A DNA stretch of 64,000 bases, taken from contig CM060734.1 in assembly GCA_030704615.1 (NCBI GenBank), positions 62,001-126,000 of the forward strand. Reading direction: 5' to 3'. A program made the translations under genes and the position numbers. The DNA comes from Takakia lepidozioides (taxonomy: Eukaryota > Plantae > Bryophyta). Positions 13,251 to 23,347 of the stretch are shown one piece after another; positions within the stretch are counted from its first letter, which is position 1, and each line of letters begins with the position of its first letter. The notes under the pieces are model-generated. The model was given only the letters and a program-made list of their open reading frames with translations, searched no databases and was not told where the DNA came from.

Positions 13251-13354
13251 CATCTGGATTCGACTGCTTGACTGAAACGACTTGACCTTTGTCACGCATG
13301 TTCGACTATGGAGGCTGGGAGTAAAAATGTTGCAAACGACTCAAAAATGAGTCA

Positions 13355-14732
13355 AACACGAGCTTGGAGCATTCTTGCGGACTCCACTTTGTCAAAGTGT
13401 TCAGCGGTTGGAGGGAAACGCCGAACGAGCTTTCCATCTCGTTTGGTTGGCCACAAGTCAGGATTTGCTGAGGGACCCCGGAGGGACGCAGAAGTAGTAG
13501 CACATGCATGGAATTGGGGTTGTCTCGCAAGGGAAAAGTCTGCCTCCTCCAGCATTTCAATCTCCTGAAATCTGAGATGTGTTCCCACCTTCACGGGCCA
13601 AACGGTTGGAGGAGATGGCTTCATCACTACGGAAGGACGCACAGTTCCATACACACATCTGGCACAATCATTTGTGCATAACCAGAACTTGTGGTTTTTG
13701 GCTTCTGGTTGACCGTATGGACACATCAAACCTGTGAAAGTCGGAGCAGGAGTTCGGGCACCACCTCTGGATATAGATGAAGTGCACTTCTCGAAATTAG
13801 TTGCCCTGATCGCTGTACATTTCACACGAGACCCCACACTTGTGCGTTCTATATGTCAAACGTGGTCGGGGCATGCGGACTCAAGCACATCAAGGGGTTG
13901 TTTCTCTCCTGCACCATTTCAGTGGCACTGTTTGATGCTGGAGCTTGCCGTCGTGTTGGAGGTTCCTCCACAATGGAGGTTCCGGACATGGAGCTGTCAT
14001 ACAGGGGAACACGAGGCTTGGAGAAGTTATCACGGTCTGCCCTGTGTGAGTCGGAATCCGAACCAGGTGGAGTGTTCAATTTCCTCTTACAGGAGCCGAA
14101 TCTCTCCTCCCCTTCAAGATGTGGAACTCTAGAAACAAGTGGCATTCCCTGGGCATACATGCTCACCGCCCGTGCTATCTTGATTGGATCCCCAGATCTG
14201 TTTGCAGCACGCAACATCAACTCCCATTTGTCCGGACCTTTGCCACCAACCCCACCTCGCAAGAAATCACGGTATCGGTTTGTTGTTGCAAGGCACGTAT
14301 CAAATCATCTGTTGTTGCCACATACAAATCCCGACCTCGTTTCCCAGACTGCTACAACCATGCGTTGTGCACAGTTTCTGCCAAATTGCAAGATGGCATG
14401 TCCGTCATTTCCTCAATGGACATGTTCTGCAAAGTGGAGAACCACACTTCAAAACAGTGAACAGAAAACAACATAAAGAAAGCGAGGACACAATAAAATG
14501 GAAAGTAAATGTATGAATAAAGCAAGAAATATAAGCCTCGTACCACTGGCATGGCTACTCCCCACTGTCTATACCGGAAGTGCCAAAACGCCAGCCAATC
14601 TTCCAATGCTCTCATACTCTCAAGTGATGCAGCTCCAGAAGAGAACCATCAGGCACGAATTGTCTGGAACAAAGTGTCCGCCTCCTTCATTGTTCTAGCA
14701 TCTTTGTACTCTTTGCACAATTTACGGTGCTG
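13355..14732 (-). repeat. Inverted duplicate of the MULE transposase segment 25169-26537
   Basis: Near-identical reverse complement; the ORF track gives the same peptides on opposite strands (e.g. HRKLCKEYKDARTMKEADTLFQTIRA, GKGPDKWELMLRAANRSGD). The intron is retained. Confidence 0.95.
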
Positions 14733-15459
14733 GCTTCTATTCTTCCCCTCCATCTCTGTACTATTTTCATTACCTTGTACTTGTAGTTGCCAAAGCCTCT
14801 CTTGGTGGAGGCCAGTCAGTCCGGGGTTTTGGGCTGGGCTATTCTGCAGGATCAGCATTGCAGCTGGATTTTGGTGTGGGGGTGTTGATGTTTTGATTTC
14901 TTGTGTTTGGATCCCCCCCAACACCTGCATGCTTGACTGTGCGCCATGTTGGTTTTGTGTGGGCGCTTGCTTTCATAGGGATTAGGCCGGATTTGATCCC
15001 CGGTCAATCCTAGAGTATGCTGTCGGTGGTGAGGCTGGAGTGATGACCAGCAAGACCACCAGTGTTTCTTCTATGGTGAGGCTGGGTTGATGACCAGCCA
15101 ACCATAGGAGTTCTTGCGGTGGATGCAGGTGCAGGTGCCCTGAGCCATTGGGATATGACCCTTAACTGCAACAGGTGCCCACCCGTGTCACTATTAGATT
15201 AGTACTAGAGCCTTATAGTGTCACGTGGAGGAGGTGCACATTGTGAGTGTCATTACGGAGTTACCCAAGGGTTTTGAGGGGAGTACGGCTACAGGCCAGT
15301 AACAGTGAGAGTGGGTTCACAAGACGAGGTATTCGGTTCAGACCACCTTCACCGCCACCCTCAATTACTGTAGAGTCAGACACAGACTCGGAGGCTTCAT
15401 CAACAGGTGTGCACTTTCATTCGCCATTGTTGTGGGACGACATGGAGGAGATGTATGGA

Positions 15460-16560
15460 GCTACCAAGGGGCCTCGTAGGTACTCCGAGCTGTGGGCACA
15501 ATCGAGTTGGATGACTTTATCCAGGAGTTCGACAGCTGGTGTGATTTGCAGCAGATGCGCAATCCACAGCTATTCACCCCATTCATGGCGTGGAAGGGAC
15601 TGTTCCAGCATTTGGAAGGCCCGCCTATGGACGATTACCACGAGTTCAGGCGAGGACATGAAGCAGAGATTGAGGAGTGGAGGATGTATTGGTCACCTGA
15701 CTACGTCTCCATTACTCGAGGCACGACGCGACCAGTAGCTGCATCAGTACCAATAGCTCCACTGCCAGCACTAGTAGTGGAGCAAGTAGTGCTGGTACTT
15801 CTGCAGGTGGTACCAGTTCAAAAGGTGCTACTACTCCTCCTGCCACGACTACAACACATGTGCCTAGATTCAACCCGGTGGTGGAGTTCTTCCAGGAGTT
15901 GCGGAGGAACTACCAAGGTGTACGGACAGAGAAGCTGCGAAGTGCAAGACCAGCGCAAACCCAGTGAGAGCCTGCGAGAGGCGTACACTCGTATGAGGCG
16001 CTTGATAAGTGTGACCCAAGGGGTTACTGAAGCTCAGGCAATCCAGTTTTGGTATGGAATTCTGGACAAGGAGCTCAAGAGAAGGGTGCGAGATGCAACC
16101 CTGTTACAAGCAGCCCAACCCACATTAGCAGATGTGTTTCTGCTGGCTGAGCGGATTGAGCTCAACATGGTGGAGGAGCGAGTTGTTACAATTGGATTTG
16201 GCAAGGACATGCCTACACGAGGCACAGCTGTCAGCCCACAGGCACAAGGGACTGCCCAACAGCGTGGTCAGGGGGCAAGGTTGCCCAGCCCAAGTTCCAT
16301 GGAGCTTACAGGGGACCTCAGGTGCAGAGGCCCGTGGCATCTTTTGCAGGCCAACAGCAACCAGGGGTGATATGTTGGACATGTGGAGGACCCCATGTCA
16401 AGAGAGATTGCCCAGAGAGTGGCAAAAGGCCGGCACAAGCACAGCCTGCACAGTTGCAGTGTGGGCATTGTGGCAAGTATGGGCATGGAGATGCCCAGTG
16501 TTATGACTTGCATCCTGAGTTGCGCCCAGGCCAGTTCCAAGGAAACAATGGTGGCCGGGG
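15460..16560 (+). pseudogene. Gypsy gag with two CCHC-type zinc knuckles
   Basis: ELDDFIQEFDSWCD; QRKPSESLREAYTRMRRL...FWYGILDKEL; CWTCGGPHVKRDC and CGHCGKYGHGDAQC. Confidence 0.85.
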
Positions 16561-17439
16561 GCGAGGTGGACCAGCCCAAAGAGGACGAGGTGTGGTCGGG
16601 CACGAGGTGCAGGCCAAGGGCAAGCTCACATGGCCAAGGACGCGGAGGTCAGGGTGTTGACCAAGGCATGGCCAACGGCTTCAGCAGCTAGAGCAGAGGC
16701 TCGCTGCCATGGCTATAGCTCAGGCGGTACGGTGGCTCCCAGGCGGGATGGTCCACCTCCTGCTCCTGAGGGAGGAGATATGGGAGGCATGGGATTCATG
16801 TGCGGAGCAGCACTACCACTAGAGCAGGTGGAGTCTGCTGCAGCCGTGACTCGAGGAGCAGCACGAGTTCCTGAGCCACGAGGTGCAGAGGTGGAATTTG
16901 GATCCACAGCGTGGGGAGGCAAGCCGTCAGGCGAGGCTTCCTCAGTCATTCACATTGGCGGAGACTGTGTCGACGCCATCCATGGCACCTAGTTCTCGCC
17001 CGACTGTTACCGAGAGCGGAGGTTACTATGCCATTGGGGAGAGCTACACGGCACTGACACCTGCTACCAAGGCTAGTGCAGCCGGTGTGTTATTGGGGGC
17101 AGCCACCTCTGTGTGTCAAGCCCCACTGTTCTCGGCAACCATGATTGCGACGCCGGGGGTAAGGCCAGCTGCAGTGTTCAGACTAGCAGCAACACTCTGT
17201 GAGAGTGGGGAGGTCACTTCATCTTCTGCGGAGTTAGTGGAAGGTGTAGTGGCAGAGGGATCCTCGGATTTTGAGGGTCAAGACTGCCACGGCTGCGCCC
17301 TGGCAAGCTGCAGCTGCCAGGTTGACGGAGCTGCCAGCTAGGCCAGCCTTTGAGCGCGCCATGGTGACACCTGGAGTTGTCTTGTTAGACAACCAGGAGG
17401 CATTTTCACTTTGAGTGGACCGGCAGGCAAGAAGTACCG

Positions 17440-17760
17440 GCCACTGCGGGTCTTGTTGGACTCGGGAGCTCAGCCACTGATGTTGGGCAGAGCTGCTATT
17501 GCAGGTTTGGGCCTCATGGAGGCGGATATGGAGCCTTGTCCTTTCCAGATACAGACATCTCTGGGAGGATCAGAGCAGGCTCGGGCATGACACGGCATCA
17601 GTTGGCCATTAGACTACAGCCGGATCATCCTGATGGCTCAGTGATGCGAGCCAAGGCCATTGTGACAGACGCGGTCTCTTACGATGTCCTCGTTGGTGGG
17701 GCAGTGTTATACCCCATGGGCTTCACCCTGGACTTTTGGGAGGAGTCAGCATCCTACAGG
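17440..17760 (+). pseudogene. Retropepsin-type aspartic protease domain
   Basis: RVLLDSGAQPLMLG (DSG at 17459) and a downstream YDVLVGGAVL. Confidence 0.85.
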
Positions 17761-18164
17761 CCTGGATGGCAGTCAGGCGGATGGTCGCGTGCACAGCTCC
17801 CTGTGACATTCATTGGGGGTATAGCGGCTGCCAGCGGGGCAAGATGCCAACACTAGCCGCCTTTACAGCTGCAGTTAGTTGGCCTGGAGAGTTGCTGGAA
17901 GGCAATGCCCATGCAGAGGATGTGCCACCTCCAGCAGAGCAGGATGACATGCATGGTATGGCGGAGTTGCCTGCCATGGTTGCTCACACTCCATTGTGGG
18001 GTACGAGCAAGGATTTGCAGCAGGTTGCTGATCGACGGGTGCAACAAGCCTGGGTAGAGGCTTTTGTACCGTCAGGAGAGGAGGAGAGTGCGGGGTTGCA
18101 CCAGGACCACCTCAGTTGTCACCATTGGATACCACACCTATTGTGTGGCAGTATCCGGATGAAG

Positions 18165-19100
18165 GCATTTGCCTTCTGGACTTGTTTGGCGGGATCAGCA
18201 CCGGATTGGCTGCTGTGCTACAGGCAGGTGTACGAGTTCGACGTTACCTGTATGTGGAGAGGGATGAGACTGCACGACGCGTCTCACTGCGCCATGTGCT
18301 CAGTTGGTACAGCAGTACCCTGCTTTGTTGCCAGTGTCTGCAGTTCGTGGATACCAACAAGCCTTGCCAGCAGACATTTCGTTGCTGGGGGGCAGGATTT
18401 GGAGCAGGTTGGCTCCATTGATCTGGTAGTGGCAGGTTGGCCCTGCCAAGGGCATTCATCAGCCGGGCATGGCAATGGATTGCGAGACTCGAGGACGGGT
18501 CTGTTTTGGGAGATGGTGCGGATTTTGCGCCACTTGCAGCTTCATCAAGCTGTATCTCCAGCATACATCTTGGAGAATGTGCCACTGATGGGTGATTCTC
18601 GGGCCAGGTGATGGCCAGTGTGCATCAAGTCCGGTCGTGGCTTGGGTCAGCAGTGTTGCTGGATGCAGCTGCAGTGGGGTCACGGGCTCATCGTCCACGG
18701 CTTTGGTGGACTAACTTGATGCCACCCGCACTGCTCAAGCGTGCATTTGATGGGGTGCAGCGGCCAGCACACCTCACCGTGGATGGCATTTTGGACACAG
18801 GGAGGCAGTCTCAACGTGTGAGACACGATGACCGTTCGCCTTTGGCAGTGGTCAACAGGGTGGGTCAACCACGAGCAGCATTACCTACACTGCTCAGCTT
18901 CCCAGGATCCCATGCTTTTCGGGATGGTGGACCTGGCCTCTGTGGGATGCTCAGTTGCAGCAGTTAGTGGAGCCTAATGCGAGCGAGAGCGGGCTATGGG
19001 GTTTTCCACTGGGACCACGGCGGTGCCTTCTCTTTCTGAGGCATCACGTCGTCAGGTGTTGGGGCAAGCAATGGATCTCAATTGCTTGACCTGGATTATC
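18165..19100 (+). pseudogene. C5-cytosine DNA methyltransferase domain inside the Gypsy polyprotein
   Basis: Motif I LLDLFGGI, II YVERD, IV IDLVVAGWPCQGHS (catalytic PC), V DSRTGLF, VI YILENVP, VIII AHRPRLWWTNL, IX ERAMGF, X RRQVLGQAM, all in linear order, split by several single-base frameshifts. Confidence 0.93.
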
Positions 19101-19539
19101 AGCTTGGCTATGGCTGAGCAACGTAGAGTGCGGAGTGCACTTCCCTTGACGGTCTCTCTGCCTACCGAGACGGTACAGGCAGCGAGTGGGGGGCGAGCCG
19201 GTGAGGACCACGGGGTGTAGACATCCATGGCACACGTGGGAGGTGCTCGAGGTTCAGAGGGAGTTGGCAGCCAAGGCAGCTGTGATGGATGAGGTTGGGG
19301 ATTCTTCTCGGGTTGAGGAGGTTCTCAATGATGAGATGATGGGGCAGGATGAGGCCTTGTCATTGACTGAGCAGGAAGGGAGTACTGCTCAAGAGGTTGC
19401 AGCATAGCAACCACGGGACGCGTCCTCTACCTCTAAGCCCACTGGACTTAAGGTTGCAGTTACGGAGGACAATTGGGAGCCTGACATTGGACCCATTGTC
19501 ACCGGAGGAGAGAGACGACGTATACGGCGGTTCCTGAGG

Positions 19540-20900
19540 GCTTACAGGAATTGCTTTGCCTTCAGTTTGAAGGACTTGGGAGCACTGAAGGGTCAAGAGA
19601 TCCGTATTGAGTTGGCCACTGACACGCCAATCTTTCGGAGACCCTATAGATACAGTGACATGGAGAGGTCTTTGATTCAGATGAGGACTCAAGATCTCTG
19701 GGAGGCAGGTTTGGTGGAGCTCTCTGGTGGAGAGTATGCTTCAGCCACAGTGATGCCAGCTAAGAAGGATGTCTATGGCAATTGGACGGAGAGACGTATG
19801 TGCGGTGATTACCGGCCTGTAAATCGTCAGACCAAGTCCGATAGGTATGCCATGCCGACACCAGAGGAGATCTTTGATGCCATTGGGCATTCCAAGGTCT
19901 TTAGCACGTTGGATTTACGATCCGGATATCACCAGTTGCCGATCAAGGAGGCGGATAAGCAAAAGACGGCATTCTGGGGGATCAATGAGCACGGGAAGGA
20001 TTGCCTATACCAGTGGCGGTTCTTACCATTTGGGCTTAAAAACGCTCCCGCTGAGTTTCAAAGAGTCATGGACAGGATTCTAGCAGGGGTGGAGTTTGCT
20101 CGGTGCTACATAGATGACATCATCATCTTTAGTGCTACGGTGGAGGAGCATGAGAGACACCTTCAGGGGGTATTTGAGCGCTTGAGGACGCACGGATTGA
20201 AGTTACATCCGGGAAGTGCAAGTTTTTCCACAACCAGATTGAGTATCTGGGTCACATGATATCCTGGAGGATTGGGGGTACAGCAGACTAAGGTAGAGTC
20301 CATTGCACAGGTTCCACGCCCCACGGATGTGAGCCGAGTTCGAGCTTTCATGGGGTTAGCAAACTATTACAGACGGTTTGTTAAGGATTTAGTGCCATTG
20401 CAAAGGCTCTAACCAAGCTGACCAAGGTGGACCAGGAGTGGCAGTGGGAAGATGAGCAAGAACAAGCTTTTCAAGAGCTCAAGGCGAGGTTGACCTCGGC
20501 GCCCATCTTGAGACGACCTATCAGGGGGCGTCCTTTTCAGCTGCATACAGATTGGAGCATGCTGGGGCTTGGAGCGGTGCTCACACAGGTGGATGATGAG
20601 GGAAGAGAGTTCGTAGTGGCTTATGCTAGCCGCTCGAACAATGCTGCAGAGTCTAAGTATAGCTCATATGAGGGAGAATGCTTAGCTGCAGTGTGGGCCG
20701 TGGCAACACTTCAGGTGCTATCTATACGGCAATCTCTTCACCCTTGTCACGGATCACCAACCACTCAAGTGGTTGATGGAGTCAGACAAGCTTACGGGGG
20801 AAGCTTGCACGGTGGGCACTCATCCTTCAAGAGTATGACTTTCAGGTGGTGCATCGACCGGGTTTGGTCAATCGCAATGCAGATGGGTTGAGTCGCAATC
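19540..20900 (+). pseudogene. Reverse transcriptase and RNase H (Gypsy)
   Basis: RMCGDYRPVN, FSTLDLRSGYHQL, LPFGLKNAPAEFQ, YIDDI; LHTDWS, VVAYASR, YEGECLA, NADGLSR. Confidence 0.96.
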
Positions 20901-21269
20901 CATGCACGAGCCAGCAGGATGACACTGGAGCTCGGTGGCATGGTGAGACGGACGAGGAGATGGTGCCCGGATGGCATGCATCTGCATTTCTGTGTATCTT
21001 GGCAGCGGAAGGCCAGGTTGGACCTGCAACAGGGATGACTGTAGATCAAGTGTCTGAGGACCCTGAGGCCAGCAATGAGCAAGGTGGCGCCAAAGATATA
21101 CATGAGGATTCAGTTGTGTTGGACTACCTCCGCACTGGAGACACAGCCACTGTGACTGCCAAGGAGAGGGATCGGATCCTACAACGAGCCAAGAGGTTCA
21201 AGTGGGAGGGGACACACCTGCTCCGAGTGTGGGAGGATGGTCGAGTGAGGATTGTGCCTCACCAACACA

Positions 21270-22535
21270 GCGGGCACGGTTAGTGCGGCATGCCCATGAG
21301 GAGTTGGGGCATTTTGGGGTGCGACGCACTCATAGTCTACTGCAGGGGCAGTATTGGTGGCGTGGTATGCACACAGAGGTGCAACAATTTGTGGCTAGGT
21401 GCATGGTGTGTGACAGGGTGCGTGCTTCATTCAACGCCCCTACTCCACAATTGCACCCTCTTCCGATCATGGGATTGGGCTACAGGTGGAGTCTTGACTT
21501 CGCAGGCCGTTGCCACTGACCATGCGCCACAACAAGTACGTGTTGGTGATGGTGGAGCACTTCTCCAAGTGGATTGAATTGGTTCCATTGCCTGATAAGG
21601 CTAGTGAGGGAGCTGCGTATGCATTCTTGGATTGTGTGCTTAGCCGATTCGGTGCTCCAGCTGAGGTACTCACGGACCAAGGGAGAGAGTTCTTGGGGGA
21701 GTTTCAGGCTTTGTGTGACAAGGCCTTGATAGACCACCGCACCACTTCTCGGGATCATCCTGAGGCCGATGGCTTGGCAGAGAGAGTTGTTCAGACAGTA
21801 AAGAGGGGTTTGCGCAAGTATGGCTTGCAGAAGGGACACCTAGGAGATTGGGACCTTCAGTTACCCTGGTTAGCCATGGGCTACAGGTTCAGCAAGCAAG
21901 CATCACTTGCCTCCTTCTCACCATACTTTCTTCTCTTTGGCCGAGAGCCGGATTTGCCTACATCCATTCGCAGAGAAGCTGCTACAGTTCTTAACCTTGA
22001 CGATCCGGACGTGTGGGCACGTGCATGTGAGCAGCGTGCAGAGTTGTTCAAGAGAGTCATGCCCATGGCTTTCGAGAACCTTGCCATTGCACAACACCGT
22101 GATACGTTGAGGTATGCTACCATACGTGGTGGGGGCTATCGTCCTGGGGTTCGGAGATTCAACCCTGGTGACTATGTCTATCTGCAGCAGACTGCTCCTA
22201 CGACCCTGGATGTGACTGCAGGACGTGTTATTTTGAGGGTTCGAGAGGTCTTGCCCTCAGGCGTCTTGGTCTTGGAGGGTCGGGATGGCATAACTTGGAA
22301 GGACCATGTGCGTAATTGTGCGCCATGTCACCTTCCGAATGTCGATGGCAGGATTGACCCAAACCTGGCAGTGGTATCTGCAGGTTTGAGGTGCATGTTG
22401 TGTGGGTCTGCTAAAGGGGCAGCCACCATGCTGGTGTGTGATCGATGCTCTAGAGGTTGGCATATGGGATGCTTGACTCCACCTCTTGAGATGGTTCCGG
22501 ATGGGGATTGGTTATGTCCACATTGCATTGGATAG
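21270..22535 (+). pseudogene. Integrase (HHCC, DDE core) with a C-terminal PHD finger
   Basis: HEELGHFG...CMVC; WSLDFAG, LTDQGREF, GLAERVV; C-terminal CMLC...CDRC...WHMGCLTPPL...GDWLCPHC (C4HC3, 22392-22526). Confidence 0.95.
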
Positions 22536-22794
22536 TGGGAGTGGATACAACCATGGAAGGCTAACAAGAAACGCAAGGCCAAGCTACTAGGAGACCTTGA
22601 ACACACGAGATCCTGGCTCAAGTTCACAGATTGCAAGACGGCGACTAACGATGGGGCTACTCTTGTACCCGGCCTCTTGGTCTATAGAGTTTGAGTACAT
22701 AGGGACAGTGATAGAGGACTTAGTACGGCTGTGGCTATTACATCTTGTAGCTATCTGGAGTTAGAGGGACCTATCCACCAGCTAGGGGGGCGAT

Positions 22795-23233
22795 TGTGGC
22801 AGACTACTTTATTGTGCATATATGTGGTGTGGTTTGGACAGCGATGTAGTTGTGTAGCGATATGTATGCGCACGACAGCTGTCAAGTTAAATAAGCACAG
22901 TGTGAAAACAACTAGAATAAAGCTAGTTATTTGTATTTAACACTTGGATTTAGGTCAAGTGTTAAATCAGGTGTCAAGTTTAGTTTGACACCTGAACCGT
23001 CTTATCTTCACGAGAGCGGCAGTCGCGGCTCATCTCTCTCGAGTTGAGCCTGCGCGACCGAGCTCCTTCATGCGTTTAGATTTGAGTGTGCTTATGATGG
23101 GAGTGTAGGTTGTTGTGGGGTGGAGTCCCCATAGCTTGGGGTGCCCCTGGCTCGACTTCTGTTTTAAAGAGTGATAGCGATGGATTCATGTTGTTTCTGG
23201 TGTGAGCAGTGTGTCTCTTAGCTTGTTCTATCA
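22795..23233 (+). repeat. 3' LTR (439 bp), followed by a second truncated LTR start at 23235-23319
   Basis: Begins TGTGGCAGAC just after the PPT and ends TTCTATCA. The first ~85 bp recur at 23235. Confidence 0.8.
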
Positions 23234-23347
23234 TTGTGGCAGACTACTTTATTGTGCATATATGTGTGGTGTGGTTTGGACAGCGATGTAGTTGTGTAGC
23301 GATATGTATGCGCACGACAAAGGTATCAACGTACGCGAGGAAAGAAG

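Larger units (their letters stand above)
14733..23319 (+). mobile_element. Ty3/Gypsy LTR retrotransposon (gag-PR-DNMT-RT-RH-IN-PHD), 5' LTR missing, frameshifted
   Basis: Domain order read from successive frames; PPT 'agctagggggg' at about 22780-22790; 3' LTR TG...CA at 22795-23233. Confidence 0.93.

Noticed and set aside
18165-19100. Host DRM/DNMT3 gene or bacterial Dcm contamination
   Set aside because: Intronless, collinear and co-oriented between retroelement protease and RT with similar composition; no DRM motif permutation; no bacterial context.
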